The notes under the pieces were generated by a model. It saw only the letters and a program-made list of their open reading frames with translations, was not told the DNA's origin and ran no database searches. Shown one piece after another: positions 48,699-59,736 of a stretch of DNA of 64,000 nucleotides. Origin of the DNA: an uncultured Pseudomonadota bacterium (GTDB lineage: Bacteria > Pseudomonadota > Gammaproteobacteria > Burkholderiales > SG8-39); NCBI GenBank assembly GCA_903829815.1, contig CAIKRR010000059.1, forward strand, positions 15,624 to 79,623. The letters run 5' to 3'. Each line of letters starts with the position of its first letter. Position 1 is the first letter of the stretch. The position numbers were made by a program, and so were the translations under genes.

Positions 48699-49721
48699 TC
48701 AATCGAGCGGGGGGCGCACCTCACGTCGGGCTGCACTGCGCATGCGCAGCCTCGATACTGCGCCGATCAGACCGCCGATCAGCACCGCACCCAGCACGTA
48801 AGCCACCTCGACACGCCTGGCAAGAAGACGATCAAGCCAGCCGGCTCGTGCAGCCGGTTCGGCCACCAGCAAGGCAGAAAGCGCGCGCTGCGATCGGCGA
48901 TCGGTATCAGCATCGAAATCAGTGTACCCCTCGCCACTGCGGAAACGAATCGCCGCCACCAGCGTGGCGATCTCGCCGGCATGCCGGACATAATCGAGGA
49001 TAGGCAACACAACGCTCGCGTTCAGGTATCCGCGACGTCCGAGCAAAATGGTGTTGTCATTGGCGATGAGCTCGGCATCGGGATCCTCATCGGGCTCATC
49101 GTCAGGATCGACAGGCGCCGCCGATGCCCCTGCCTTGGGCGGCTTGTCGCGAATCGACAGCGCCCAGGTGAGCCTGTGAGAGGCCGCATCGAAGCGCGGC
49201 GGTCGCGCCCAGCCCAGCACTTCGGTCTGCGCAGCACCCTCTTCGCGGCGCACGGCGTTGTTGCCCGAGAGCCCCTTGCGGATGGCAACCAGCATCGCGT
49301 CACGATCCCAGTCGCGCGTGTCAGTGACATCGACATGCCCCTCGGGCACATGAGAAATCACCATGAACCAGGGCGGCGGCGCACCCTCCCGGGTCGGAAC
49401 GACCATGCCCACGGTGCGATCACTGGGTCGATTGCCCCATTCACGCAGCAAGGACCGGGTTTCCATCGCTGGCAGAAACGCAAAATCAGCGGGCAGGTCA
49501 AGTACCGCTTCGGCACCCAACTCGATGACGACAGGCCCTCGCTGGAACTGCACCGGCAAGTCCAGCGCGGCGTCGGACACTGATGCGGGCGCCGACCGCG
49601 ATGCGGATTCAGGCGCCTCGGCACGAGTGCCCGCAGAGGCAGGCCACCCCGGCGAGGCGAAGAGCAGGCAGCCCGCCAATGCCCACACTGGGCCGAGCCG
49701 GCGCTCAGCCCTCTCAATCAC
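48699..49721 (-). CDS. DUF2167 membrane-anchored protein
   Basis: LREWGNRP...WFMVISHVPEGHVD...LGWARPPRFDAASHRLTWAL...LLGRRGYLNASVV, plus a C-terminal TM. Proposed GTG start at 49721 overlaps the livF stop by 8 nt. The track ORF to 49832 would overlap livF by 119 nt. Confidence 0.7.
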   Translation of the reverse strand: MIERAERRLGPVWALAGCLLFASPGWPASAGTRAEAPESASRSAPASVSDAALDLPVQFQRGPVVIELGAEAVLDLPADFAFLPAMETRSLLREWGNRPSDRTVGMVVPTREGAPPPWFMVISHVPEGHVDVTDTRDWDRDAMLVAIRKGLSGNNAVRREEGAAQTEVLGWARPPRFDAASHRLTWALSIRDKPPKAGASAAPVDPDDEPDEDPDAELIANDNTILLGRRGYLNASVVLPILDYVRHAGEIATLVAAIRFRSGEGYTDFDADTDRRSQRALSALLVAEPAARAGWLDRLLARRVEVAYVLGAVLIGGLIGAVSRLRMRSAARREVRPPLD

Positions 49722-50487
49722 CCAGATAGGCGGCACGTACACGAGGGTCGTCTGCAAGGCCCGAACTGTCGCCGGAGAGCAACACCCGTCCACCATCAAG
49801 CACCCAGGCCCAGGTGGTTGATCGCAGAGCAAGACGCGCGTTCTGCTCGACCAGCAGGATGGTCACGCCCGCCTGTGCGATGCCGGCAATGACTTCGAAG
49901 ATTGTCTGGACCATCATTGGCGCAAGCCCCATGCTCGGTTCATCGAGGAGAAGCAGTTCGGGCGCCGCGACCATCGCACGACCGATCGCCAGCATCTGCT
50001 GCTCTCCGCCAGAGAGGGTTCCAGCCAGTTGCGTGCGTCGTTGGGCGAGTCGCGGCATCAGGCTGTAGACACGATCGATGTCTGTCGTCATCGACTGCCC
50101 GCGCCGAGCATGACCCCCGATGCGGATATTCTCCTGCACCGTGAGGCGCGCGAATACACCGCGCCCCTCAGGAACGAGAGATATGCCACGGCGGGCACGT
50201 TCAAATGAAGGCAGGTGGTCGATACGCTCGCCGCGCCAGCAGATCGAACCACCCGCCAAAGGCTCCAGACCCGCCAAGGCACGCAGCAGACTCGACTTGC
50301 CGGCGCCGTTGGCTCCGATGACGCACACGCGGGCGCCGGCCGAGACCGCCAGGTCGACGCCCTTCAGGGCCGCCACACCGCCATAGCTCACGTGCAGATC
50401 GCGCACCTCGAGGACAGGTGCAGCCACTGCCCTTGCAGCCGTCGAATCCGTAACAGCCCGGTCATCAGGAGCAGGCAGAGCGGTCAT
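49714..50487 (-). CDS. livF: branched-chain amino acid (HAAT-family) ABC transporter ATP-binding protein
   Basis: 257 aa. Walker A GANGAGKSS, signature LSGGEQQ, Walker B LLLLDEPS. Confidence 0.9.
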   Translation of the reverse strand: MTALPAPDDRAVTDSTAARAVAAPVLEVRDLHVSYGGVAALKGVDLAVSAGARVCVIGANGAGKSSLLRALAGLEPLAGGSICWRGERIDHLPSFERARRGISLVPEGRGVFARLTVQENIRIGGHARRGQSMTTDIDRVYSLMPRLAQRRTQLAGTLSGGEQQMLAIGRAMVAAPELLLLDEPSMGLAPMMVQTIFEVIAGIAQAGVTILLVEQNARLALRSTTWAWVLDGGRVLLSGDSSGLADDPRVRAAYLGD

Positions 50488-51260
50488 GGCGCATCTCCGA
50501 CCGTAGCGCCCAGGTAGGCCGCAATCACCGCTGGATCGCGGCGCACCGTGTCGGGCTCACCCTCGATGACCAATTGCCCAAAGTCGAGCACGGCAACCCG
50601 GTCGCACAAGCCCATGACCAGTTTCACGTCATGCTCGATCAGCAACAAGGTGACCCCATCGGCGCGAATGCGCTCGAGCAGCGTGCGCAGCACCGCGGTC
50701 TCGGTTGCATTCATGCCCGCAGCTGGCTCGTCGAGCGCAAGCAGACGCGGATCGGTGGCAAGCGCACGGGCAATCTCCAGACGACGCTGGTCGCCGTAGG
50801 GAAGATTGCGGGCCGGTTCATCACGACGCGCCTGCAGACCGACATAGCCCAGCAACTCGAGCGCCCGGGCTCGCACCGCGGTCTCCTCGGCGCGAAACGC
50901 CCGGGTGTCCAACACGGCGCCCAGCGCCCCGACGCCTGAGCGCGCATGGCGTCCCACCATCACGTTTTCGAGCACCGACAACCCGGCAAACAGCCGAATG
51001 TTCTGAAAGGTGCGCGCGATGCCGCTCTTCACCACGCGATCGGGGCTGCGGGTATCGAGTTCGACGCCATCGAGCCAGAAGCGGCCGGCATCATGCCGAT
51101 AGAGCCCGGTGAGACAGTTGAAGAAGGTTGTCTTGCCTGCGCCGTTGGGGCCGATGAGGCCATAGATCTGGCCCTTGCCGATCGCAAGCGATACGCCGTC
51201 CAGAGCATTGACGCCACCAAAACGCTTGGCAATGCCACGGGCCTCAAGGAGCGTCATCAC
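50484..51260 (-). CDS. livG: branched-chain amino acid (HAAT-family) ABC transporter ATP-binding protein
   Basis: 258 aa. Walker A GPNGAGKTT, YGDQRRLEIARAL, LLALDEPAAG. Confidence 0.9.
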   Translation of the reverse strand: MMTLLEARGIAKRFGGVNALDGVSLAIGKGQIYGLIGPNGAGKTTFFNCLTGLYRHDAGRFWLDGVELDTRSPDRVVKSGIARTFQNIRLFAGLSVLENVMVGRHARSGVGALGAVLDTRAFRAEETAVRARALELLGYVGLQARRDEPARNLPYGDQRRLEIARALATDPRLLALDEPAAGMNATETAVLRTLLERIRADGVTLLLIEHDVKLVMGLCDRVAVLDFGQLVIEGEPDTVRRDPAVIAAYLGATVGDAP

Positions 51261-52383
51261 GACCTCTGGCGGCCACCTGCGGCTTGGACCCGACAGCCGA
51301 CGGTGTGCGTCTGGCCCAGCCCGGCGCAGGCCACATGCCGGCGGGTCGCCATCGCATCATCACGATCAGGGCAAGCCCGAAGAGCATCATGCGCAGATCA
51401 GCCGGATCGATCCAGACATGCCCGAAAGCGGCTTTCTGCAAAGGACCGACCACGCGCAGCGCTTCGGGCAACGCGGTGAGCACGATGGCCCCCAGAACCA
51501 CGCCGGCCACATGACCCATCCCACCCAGCACCACCATACACAGAATCATGACCGACTCCTGCAGGGTGAAGCTCTCGGGACTCACGAACCCCTGTACCGC
51601 GGCAAAGAGACCACCGGCCACGCCGCCAAAGGTTGCGCCCAGGGCAAACGCCAGCAACTTCAGATTGCGCGTGTCGATACCCATGGCGCGGGCAGCCGTC
51701 TCGTCTTCGCGAATCGCGGCCCACGCACGGCCGATGCGCGAATTCTGCAGGCGCCGGGCAACCAGCATGCTCAACGCAACCATGCAGACAAGCAGATAAA
51801 AGTAGGCATGCACCGGGGCAACAGTGACGCCCAGCATGCTGTGAGGCTTGCCGAAGGAAAAGCTCCCAAGCAACAGGGGATCGATCAGGGTCACGCCCTG
51901 AGGGCCGTTGGTGATGTTCACCGGTTGATTGAGATTGTTGAGGAAGATGCGGATGATTTCGCCAAAACCCAGAGTCACGATCGCCAGATAGTCGCCACGC
52001 AGCTTGAGCGTAGGGGCACCCAGCAGCACACCGAAGCACGCGGCGGCAATCGCCCCCAGCGGCAGCAACAGCAGAAAGCTGGCATGAATGCCGAACTGCG
52101 GCGAGGCCAGGAGCCCATATGCATAGGCGCCCACAGCAAAGAACGCAACGTAGCCCAGGTCGAGCAGGCCCGCAAAGCCCACGACCAGATTGAGCCCGAC
52201 CGCCAGCATCGCGTAGATGAGCGCGATGTCGGCAATACGCACCCAGGCACGCCCGGCCACCGCCTCGAGCAGAAAGGGCAGCAGGGCAAGCGCAACAACG
52301 ACCAGCAGCCGGCGCGTCCAGCTCGCACCTGGCCAAGTCTGGCCATGCACCCACCACTGCGCAATGCGCTGTGGCAGGTTCAT
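51244..52383 (-). CDS. livM: branched-chain amino acid ABC transporter permease
   Basis: 379-aa polytopic membrane protein in the conserved position. Confidence 0.88.
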   Translation of the reverse strand: MNLPQRIAQWWVHGQTWPGASWTRRLLVVVALALLPFLLEAVAGRAWVRIADIALIYAMLAVGLNLVVGFAGLLDLGYVAFFAVGAYAYGLLASPQFGIHASFLLLLPLGAIAAACFGVLLGAPTLKLRGDYLAIVTLGFGEIIRIFLNNLNQPVNITNGPQGVTLIDPLLLGSFSFGKPHSMLGVTVAPVHAYFYLLVCMVALSMLVARRLQNSRIGRAWAAIREDETAARAMGIDTRNLKLLAFALGATFGGVAGGLFAAVQGFVSPESFTLQESVMILCMVVLGGMGHVAGVVLGAIVLTALPEALRVVGPLQKAAFGHVWIDPADLRMMLFGLALIVMMRWRPAGMWPAPGWARRTPSAVGSKPQVAARGRDDAP

Positions 52384-53303
52384 GCACGCTCACCGGAGGC
52401 GGTGCCGAGCAGACCGGCCGGGCGCAGAACCAGCACCAGTATCAGGACGATGAAGGCAAAGACATCGCGATAGTTGCTGCCGAACACGCCACCGGTCAAT
52501 TCGCCCACATAGCCTGCCCCCAGGCTCTCGATCAGGCCAAGCAGCAAGCCACCGAGCATGGCGCCAGGCACGCTGCCGATACCCCCCAGCACGGCAGCGG
52601 TAAACGCCTTCAGGCCCAGCATGAACCCCATGAAGTAGTGGGCCACGCCGTAGTAGAGCAGCACCATGATCCCGGCCAGCGCGGCCAGCCCCGATCCGAT
52701 GAGGAAGGTGATGGCAATCACCCGATGCGTATCGATGCCCATCAGTCCGGCCACCTCGGCGTTCTGCTCGGTGGCACGCATCGCCACACCGAGCGGGGTG
52801 GCCCTGATCAGCCAGAGCAGACCGGCCATCAGCACAGAGGCCATGACCACGATGGCCACTTGCAGATCGGTGATCGCCGCACCGGCAAGCTGCCAGGTGG
52901 TGGATTGAATCACCGGTGGCAGGGCGAGGTACTGCTTGCTCCAGATCATCGCCGCACCGTATTCGATGAGTATCGACACGCCAATGGCCGTGATGAGGGG
53001 CGCGAGCTTGGGGGCACTGCGCAGCGGGCGATAAGCGACGCGCTCGATCAGCACCCCCAGACCACCGCAGAGCAGAACCGCGCCCAGGGTCGCCAGGGCG
53101 AGCGAGGCCGGCAACCCCAGGCCCACTGCGAGACAGACCTTGAGCAAGGCAAGCGCCGACAGGGCACCCACCATGACGAGATCACCATGGGCGAAGTTGA
53201 TCAGCCCCAGGATGCCGTACACCATGGTGTAGCCCAGCGCGACCAGGGCGTAGATGCTGCCGAGCACCACGCCATTGACGAGCTGCTGGATGAAGATGTC
53301 CAC
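52380..53303 (-). CDS. livH: branched-chain amino acid ABC transporter permease
   Basis: 307-aa polytopic protein starting MDIFIQQLVNGVVLGSIYALVALGYTMVYG (typical LivH N-terminus). Confidence 0.9.
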   Translation of the reverse strand: MDIFIQQLVNGVVLGSIYALVALGYTMVYGILGLINFAHGDLVMVGALSALALLKVCLAVGLGLPASLALATLGAVLLCGGLGVLIERVAYRPLRSAPKLAPLITAIGVSILIEYGAAMIWSKQYLALPPVIQSTTWQLAGAAITDLQVAIVVMASVLMAGLLWLIRATPLGVAMRATEQNAEVAGLMGIDTHRVIAITFLIGSGLAALAGIMVLLYYGVAHYFMGFMLGLKAFTAAVLGGIGSVPGAMLGGLLLGLIESLGAGYVGELTGGVFGSNYRDVFAFIVLILVLVLRPAGLLGTASGERA

Positions 53304-53351
53304 AACCGGCAGGGCTGGGGGATGGCGAGCCGATTACCGGTGAAAGAGACG

Positions 53352-54611
53352 CTAGCGGGTGGGGGCGGGCGTGGCTTCGGGCGCGGCGGCGGCGGCACCC
53401 CCGATCGTCTCGACCGGCTCCCACTGACCCGCACGCACCACGTAGATGGTGAGCGGCGCGTCTCTGAGATCACCCTTCTCGTCGAAAGCGATAGGCCCGA
53501 TCACGCCGTTGTACCGGGTCTTGCCGACCTCATCGAGAAATCGCGCCGGATCAACCGAGCCTGCGCGCTTCATCGCATCGACCAGAACCTGCACCGCGTC
53601 ATAGCCCATGGGCGCAAAAAGCTCGACAGGTTTGCCAAAGCGCGCCTGGAAGCGATCGAAGAAGGCCTGGCCACCCGGCATTTGTGCCTTGGGCAGGCCG
53701 GGCATCGAGGCATAGACACCCTCGGCATCGGCATCGCCAGCCAGCTTGACGAAGTTGGGCGTCTGAATGCCATCACCGCCAAGAAAGCGCGCACGAATGC
53801 CCAACTGAGCCATCTGCTTCACCATCGGCCCTGCCTGTGGATCGATGCCACCGAACATGATCACGTCGGGCTTGCGCCCCTTGATCGAGGTGAGAATGGC
53901 CTTGAAATCAGTGTCCTTGTCGGTGGTGTGCTCGCGCACGAGCACTTTGCCACCACCAGCGATGACAGCCGCAGAGAAGGTATCGGCCAGACCCTGACCG
54001 TAGGCGGTGGAGTCATCGATGACGGCAATCGTCCTGGCCTGCAGCTTGTCGAGTGCAAAGCGCGCAAGCGTCGGACCCTGCTGATTGTCATTGGCAACGA
54101 CGCGAAAGGCTGTCTTGAAGCCCTGCTCGGTGTACTTCGGGTTGGTCGAGCCCGGCGAAATCTGCGGCACTCCGGCCTCGGCATAAATGCGCGAGGCGGG
54201 AATCGATGCGCCTGAATTGAAGTGGCCAACCACACCGGCCACCTTGCGATCGACAAGCGACTGCGCGACGGTTGCAGCCTTGGTCGGATTGGCCTCGTCA
54301 TCCTCGACAACGAGTTCAATTCGCAGGCGCTCACCGGCCACCAGCACGCCAGCCGCATTGATGTCATCGACAGCCAACTGTCCGCCGTTGCGAATGTCCT
54401 CGCCCACATGGGCCTCGGACCCAGTGAGCGGAGCGGCCAGACCGATCTTCACCACCCGTTCGACCGGGCCTGCAACGGCGGCCGGCTTGTCTGCCTCGCG
54501 ACTGCAGCCGGCAAGCGCGAGAAAGCCGATCAGGAGCAAGCCAGCGAGCGGGCCAGAACCGGTTTGGCGACCGGCACGAACGGCTTGCAGGAGGACGGGC
54601 GTGTTGTTCAT
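53352..54611 (-). CDS. branched-chain amino acid ABC transporter substrate-binding lipoprotein
   Basis: 419 aa from the ATG at 54611. Lipobox LALAGCS. KIGLAAPLTGSEAHVGEDIRNG is typical of the LivK/LivJ family. Confidence 0.88.
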   Translation of the reverse strand: MNNTPVLLQAVRAGRQTGSGPLAGLLLIGFLALAGCSREADKPAAVAGPVERVVKIGLAAPLTGSEAHVGEDIRNGGQLAVDDINAAGVLVAGERLRIELVVEDDEANPTKAATVAQSLVDRKVAGVVGHFNSGASIPASRIYAEAGVPQISPGSTNPKYTEQGFKTAFRVVANDNQQGPTLARFALDKLQARTIAVIDDSTAYGQGLADTFSAAVIAGGGKVLVREHTTDKDTDFKAILTSIKGRKPDVIMFGGIDPQAGPMVKQMAQLGIRARFLGGDGIQTPNFVKLAGDADAEGVYASMPGLPKAQMPGGQAFFDRFQARFGKPVELFAPMGYDAVQVLVDAMKRAGSVDPARFLDEVGKTRYNGVIGPIAFDEKGDLRDAPLTIYVVRAGQWEPVETIGGAAAAAPEATPAPTR

Positions 54612-54685
54612 CGGGAGTGCTCCATGGATCAAGGGACGAACGGCAGAATTTTCAAGCCGGCGCGAGGCTGGACCTGCGCTGTTGG

Positions 54686-55018
54686 CTAAAGCGCAAGCAC
54701 GTAGGCAATCATCGCCTTCAACTCGGCATCGGCGATGGCCGGATGGGGGGGCATGGCCATCTGGCCCCAGGCACCACTGCCACCAAGGCGCACCTTGCCC
54801 GCGAGCCGCTCAGGGGCCCCAGCATCGCCCTTGTATTTGGCTGCGACTTCCTTGAATCCGGGTCCGATCATCCGCCCATCATCCTTGTGGCAGGCATAAC
54901 AGCCGTTCTTGCGCAGACCCGGATCGGGCTCGGCAGCGGTAGCCGGCAACACAAGACCCAGGGCAGACAGAAGCGTCAGCGCGGCGATGCAGCGTGATAC
55001 GGGCGTGGGAACGGTCAT
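54686..55018 (-). CDS. monohaem class I c-type cytochrome (c551/c552-like)
   Basis: 110 aa from the ATG at 55018. Signal peptide, CYACHK haem site, and a distal Met in GQMAMPP. Confidence 0.85.
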   Translation of the reverse strand: MTVPTPVSRCIAALTLLSALGLVLPATAAEPDPGLRKNGCYACHKDDGRMIGPGFKEVAAKYKGDAGAPERLAGKVRLGGSGAWGQMAMPPHPAIADAELKAMIAYVLAL

Positions 55019-55165
55019 GGTCAGTCCTGTCGGCATGGGCATGCAACTCAGCATGGGTGGTGGGTCAATGCATGGGTCGGCGAAGCGGTACACCGGATCG
55101 CCTGAATGAGACCGGGGGCGACCCTGATACGACCACCCCGCGCAGGGCAATCACCTTGATGTTAC

Positions 55166-57376
55166 TCAAGGCACCGCCGAAAAGATACTGGGCTTGCCCA
55201 GCACCGACTCGAGCGCCTCCAGGCTATCGATCGGCGCAAGGCACTCGGTGCCGCGACACACATGCGCAACCACGCCGCGGCGCGGTAGCGGGTGGGCGAG
55301 CAGCGCGGGCAGGGCCTCGGCGGGATACGCCTCGTTCAGCGCCAGCACGATGACCGAGGGCCGGTAGCCACGGGCCAGATGGCGGCGCCAGGGCTGTATC
55401 GCACGCGCGCTGCCGCGCAACACGACGAGGGTTGGTGGCTCGTGCTGCTCGATGAGCGCGCTCAGCATCGCGCCAAAAGCCGAGGGCTGTTCGGCCATGG
55501 CATCACCAAAGGAAGCGAGCGTGCCGCAGGCGACATCCCGAGCCTGCTGGTCGCCGGCAATCAGTGCCAACCGCGCGAGCGAGTGCGCCGCAATCGCATT
55601 GCCGGCCGGGGTTGCCGCATCGAAGCCCGAGCGCGGACGATGAATCAACTGCTCATGATCATGGCTGGTAAAGAAGAAGCCCCCGGCCACCGGATCGGCG
55701 AAGCGACCGATCAATTGCGCTGCGATGCGCTGCGCCTGCACGATCAGCGCCGGATCGAACCGCACTTCGAGCAAGGCCAGCGCGGCCTGCAGGAGAAAGG
55801 CGTGATCATCCAGATAGGCACCAAGCTGCGCCTGCTGATCACGCCGAGTCGCCAGCAGTCGCCCTTCGGGCATCATCTCATCGACGATGAAATCAAACGC
55901 CTGGCGCGCTGCCTGAGCCCAGTCATCACGATCAAATGCCAGCGCTGCGCTGGCAAGGGCACGGATCGCCAATGCGTTCCAGGCGGTCAGCGCCTTGTCA
56001 TCCCGGTGAGGTCGCGGCCGACGATTGCGCGCCGCCAGCAAACGCTTGCGGGCACGCTCAAGCCGTGGGCCGATCACCCCCGAATAGTCCAGATCGGCCG
56101 CCACTGCATCGCTGGCTGCCAGCCCCGCAATCGCCCCTGTCGTTGCTGCGGCAGTATCGGCATCGGTTGCGGCCGCAGCAGCCTCGGCCAGCGACTCGGA
56201 CACGCGCGCGGCGATGGCAGCGACCGGCATTGCACAACGCAGATGCCAGGCCTGGCGGTCGGTCTCGATGAAATTGGCGGCCTGATCAAGGCCGTAATGG
56301 GCAGCGACGAAGGGACGGTCGGCCGGCACGACCGCGGAGAGCGCCTCATCAGGCTGCCAGAGGTAGAAGGTGCCCTCCTCGCCCTCGCTGTCGGCATCGA
56401 GCGCCGAGGCAAACAGCCCACCGGGCAAGGCCATCTCGCGCAACATCCAGTCAAGAGTGCGCTCGACCACCTCGCGATGGCGCACGTCACCGGTGAGCCG
56501 CCAGGCATCGACATACAGTGGCACGAGAAGCGCGTTGTCGCAGAGCATCTTCTCGAAGTGCGGAATGGTCCAGGTGGCATCCGTCGAATAACGAAAGAAT
56601 CCGCCACCGAGCTGGTCAAAGACACCCCCCGCGGCCATCCGGTCCAGCGTGAGCAGGGCCACTGCCGCGGCGTCATGGGCACCTGCGTGAGTGCCTGCAC
56701 GGGCGAACTGCTGCAGGCACAGATCCAGCGCCATGGGATGCGGAAACTTCGGCGCGCCGCCAAAGCCACCGTGCTCGCGATCGGCCCGCTCGACCAGGGA
56801 AAAGACCGCCATGTCGACGAGTTCGATCGAAGGCAGGGACCGGTTGCCTGATGCGCCCGCTTGGCCGAGGCGATCGGTGCGCCTGATCGCCTCGAGAATC
56901 ACCGCATTCTGTGATTCGATGTCCGAGCGCCGCTCGCGCCAGGCCAGCAACACGCGATCCATGACATCGACAAATCCGGTGATGCCGTGCTGGGGCACCC
57001 GCGGCAGATAGGTGGCGCCGAAGAAGGGAATCTGCCCGGCGTCGAGAAACATCGTGAGTGGCCAGCCCCCCGCGCGGCGGGCCAGCAACTGGTAGGCCGC
57101 CTGGTAGATCTGGTCGACATCGGGTCGCTCCTCGCGGTCGACCTTCACGCAGACGAAGTGGTCGTTCATGAAAGCGGCAACGCCAGGATCTTCGAACGAC
57201 TCATGGGCCATCACATGACACCAATGGCAGGTCGAGTAGCCGACAGACAGCAATACCGGACGCCCCTCACGACGAGCGCGCTCGAAGGCCTCGGCGCCCC
57301 AGGGGTACCAGTCGACCGGATTGTCAGCGTGCTGCTGAAGGTAGGGAGATGTTTCGTGCTGCAGCCGGTTGGGCAT
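55166..57376 (-). CDS. thioredoxin-domain (DUF255/YyaL-like) protein with an alpha/alpha-toroid C-terminal domain
   Basis: 736 aa. [18 protein letters not shown] and STCHWCHVM motifs at the N-terminus. Confidence 0.88.
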   Translation of the reverse strand: MPNRLQHETSPYLQQHADNPVDWYPWGAEAFERARREGRPVLLSVGYSTCHWCHVMAHESFEDPGVAAFMNDHFVCVKVDREERPDVDQIYQAAYQLLARRAGGWPLTMFLDAGQIPFFGATYLPRVPQHGITGFVDVMDRVLLAWRERRSDIESQNAVILEAIRRTDRLGQAGASGNRSLPSIELVDMAVFSLVERADREHGGFGGAPKFPHPMALDLCLQQFARAGTHAGAHDAAAVALLTLDRMAAGGVFDQLGGGFFRYSTDATWTIPHFEKMLCDNALLVPLYVDAWRLTGDVRHREVVERTLDWMLREMALPGGLFASALDADSEGEEGTFYLWQPDEALSAVVPADRPFVAAHYGLDQAANFIETDRQAWHLRCAMPVAAIAARVSESLAEAAAAATDADTAAATTGAIAGLAASDAVAADLDYSGVIGPRLERARKRLLAARNRRPRPHRDDKALTAWNALAIRALASAALAFDRDDWAQAARQAFDFIVDEMMPEGRLLATRRDQQAQLGAYLDDHAFLLQAALALLEVRFDPALIVQAQRIAAQLIGRFADPVAGGFFFTSHDHEQLIHRPRSGFDAATPAGNAIAAHSLARLALIAGDQQARDVACGTLASFGDAMAEQPSAFGAMLSALIEQHEPPTLVVLRGSARAIQPWRRHLARGYRPSVIVLALNEAYPAEALPALLAHPLPRRGVVAHVCRGTECLAPIDSLEALESVLGKPSIFSAVP

Positions 57377-57621
57377 GAGTGCTTCCCGCGCGAAGGCAGG
57401 TCATCGGTCGCCAAGCGCGCGATGATAGCCTCTTCGGGCAGGCATGCCCCTGTGACACGCAGGGTGCTCCCAGACCGACGGCCCGAAAGGTTCGGTGCCA
57501 TGCCGCACGCGCAATCGATGAAACGCTCCTCGAGGGCAATATCCTGTCGCCCCGAGCCGGTTTCCGACGCCGGGTCTTGACGGCCAGCTTGCTACCGGAT
57601 GGCGTTTTTGACCCGCATTCA

Positions 57622-59094
57622 TCACATGAGGACGACGTCGAACTGCTCCTGGCTATAGCTGGTTTCAACCTGCATCGATACCGGTTTGCCGATGAAGTCC
57701 TCGAGCATCGCAAGCGATTGTGACTCCTCCTCGAGGAAGAGGTCGACCACGCTCTGTGCGGCCAGGATGCGGAACTCGCGAGGATTGAACTGCCGCGCCT
57801 CGCGCGTCACCGCGCGCAGTATCTGGTAGCAGATGGTTCGCGCCGTGCGGATTTCGCCGCGCCCGCTGCAGGTTGGACAGGGCTCGCACAGTACATGGGC
57901 GAGGCTCTCGCGGGTGCGCTTTCGGGTCATCTCGACCAGGCCCAACTGGGTGAAGCCGTTCACCGTCATGCGGGTGCGGTCGCGCGCAAGCGCCTTGCGA
58001 AGCTCGGCGAGCACCTGCGCCTGATGGTCAACATTGTCCATGTCGATGAAATCAAGCACGACGATGCCCCCGAGATTGCGCAGGCGCAACTGGCGGGCAA
58101 TCACGTGCGCTGCCTCGAGGTTGGTGCGGAACACCGTGTCATCGAAGCTGCGCACCCCGACAAACCCCCCGGTATTGACATCCACGGTGGTCATGGCCTC
58201 GGTCTGATCGAAGATCAGGTAGCCGCCCGACTTGAGATCAACCCGGCGCACCAGCGCACGCTCGATCTCCTCTTCGATCTGATAGAGATCGAACAGCGGT
58301 CGCTCCCCGGTGTAGTGCTCGATACGGGCAAATACCGAAGGCGTGTAATCCTGGGCGAAGGCCTGCAGACGCGCGAAGTTCTCGCGCGAGTCGATGATCA
58401 CCCGGCCGGTGTTCTCGTTGACGATGTCACGCAACGCGCGCAACTCGAGCGACAGATCCTGATGCAGCAGACTGGGCACAGCTGCGGTAGCCACACGGCG
58501 CCGGATGTCCTCCCAGAGTCGGCGCAGATAATCGACGTCGCGGGCCAGTTCGGGCTCGGTAGCGGCTTCGGCCATGGTGCGCACGATGAACCCACCCGAC
58601 TCGCCCGGACCCAGCAGCGTCTGCAGCCGCTCGCGCAATTTGAGGCGCTCCTCCTCGTTGCCGATGCGCTGCGAGATGCCGATGTGGTTTTCCTGCGGCA
58701 GATGAACCAGCAGTCGCCCAGCGATGCTCACCTGGGTGGAGAGCCGCGCACCCTTGGTTCCCATCGGATCCTTGATCACCTGCACGAGAAGCGGTTGCCC
58801 CTCGCTCAGAATGCGCTCGATCGGTCGCGCAGGAGCAGCCGCATCACCTGCATGATCAGCATGCCGATGCTCGAAGATGTCGGCAACATGGAGAAAGGCC
58901 GAGCGCTCCAGTCCGACATCGACAAACGCCGACTGCATGCCCGGCAGCACCCGGATCACCCGCCCCATGTAGATGTTGCCCACCAGGCCGCGGCCGGCGG
59001 TACGCTCGACATGGAATTCCTGGACGATGCCCGACTCGACCACAGCGACCCGGGTCTCGCGAGGTGTCCAGTTGATGAGGATGTCGTCAGCCAT
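57622..59094 (-). CDS. rng: ribonuclease G
   Basis: 490 aa. S1-domain region GNIYMGRVIRVLPGMQSAFVDVG, and DFIDM and CPTCSGRG motifs. Confidence 0.93.
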   Translation of the reverse strand: MADDILINWTPRETRVAVVESGIVQEFHVERTAGRGLVGNIYMGRVIRVLPGMQSAFVDVGLERSAFLHVADIFEHRHADHAGDAAAPARPIERILSEGQPLLVQVIKDPMGTKGARLSTQVSIAGRLLVHLPQENHIGISQRIGNEEERLKLRERLQTLLGPGESGGFIVRTMAEAATEPELARDVDYLRRLWEDIRRRVATAAVPSLLHQDLSLELRALRDIVNENTGRVIIDSRENFARLQAFAQDYTPSVFARIEHYTGERPLFDLYQIEEEIERALVRRVDLKSGGYLIFDQTEAMTTVDVNTGGFVGVRSFDDTVFRTNLEAAHVIARQLRLRNLGGIVVLDFIDMDNVDHQAQVLAELRKALARDRTRMTVNGFTQLGLVEMTRKRTRESLAHVLCEPCPTCSGRGEIRTARTICYQILRAVTREARQFNPREFRILAAQSVVDLFLEEESQSLAMLEDFIGKPVSMQVETSYSQEQFDVVLM

Positions 59095-59103
59095 CGGTCG
59101 ATA

Positions 59104-59736
59104 CTAGCCGTTTGCCTCACGCGGTGCGTGAACGAGGAGGCGCAGGCGTTCGAGCGTCTCGGCCAGCGGCAAGCCCATGATGCCGGTGTAACTGCCCTCG
59201 ATCCGCTCGATGAAGGCCTGGGCACCGCCCTGGACGGCGTAGGCACCGGCCTTGTCCATCGGCTCACCTGTCGCCACGTAGGCGTCAATGCTGGCGGCAT
59301 CGATCGCTGCGAACTGCACGGTACTCGAACAGAGGAAGGCCTCGAGCCATGCACCACGGGCGAGGGCGACGCCAGTACAAACCTGATGGCGGCGCCCCGA
59401 CAGGCGGCCAAGCATGATGCGAGCCTGCTCGGGGTCAAGGGGCTTTTCCAGAATGTCGCCATCGACGCTCACCGTGGTGTCTGCGGCGATCACGATCGGC
59501 TCGGCCAGAGTTTCTGCATCACAGGCGAGACTTGCGGCGGCCTCGGCAGAAAGGGCAACGAGAGCGGCACGGGCTTTCTCGCGCGCGAGGCGCAGGACGT
59601 AAGCATCTGGCGCCTCGCCACGATGGGGGGTCTCGTCGATGGCCATCGGCATGACTTCAAAGGCCACGCCTGCCAGCGTGAGCAACTCGCGCCGGCGGGG
59701 ACTTTGCGAGGCAAGGATGATGCGGTGTGAGGCCAT
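59104..59736 (-). CDS. maf: Maf-family nucleoside triphosphate pyrophosphatase
   Basis: 210 aa. ILASQSPRRRELL and GAYAVQG motifs. Confidence 0.9.
   Translation of the reverse strand: MASHRIILASQSPRRRELLTLAGVAFEVMPMAIDETPHRGEAPDAYVLRLAREKARAALVALSAEAAASLACDAETLAEPIVIAADTTVSVDGDILEKPLDPEQARIMLGRLSGRRHQVCTGVALARGAWLEAFLCSSTVQFAAIDAASIDAYVATGEPMDKAGAYAVQGGAQAFIERIEGSYTGIMGLPLAETLERLRLLVHAPREANG

Noticed and set aside
57377-57621. 245-bp gap between rng and the yyaL-like gene, examined for a riboswitch or sRNA
   Set aside because: I could identify only short, weak hairpins. There is no recognisable riboswitch core, promoter-terminator pair or plausible small ORF. This cannot be settled without covariance-model searches.
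52371-59730. Long plus-strand ORFs (614, 519 and 611 aa) opposite the liv, yyaL-like and rng/maf genes. Similar ones lie at 40112-41659 and 19466-20956.
   Set aside because: The sequences are low-complexity and Arg/His/Gly-rich, with no recognisable domains. Every one is antisense to a well-supported gene.
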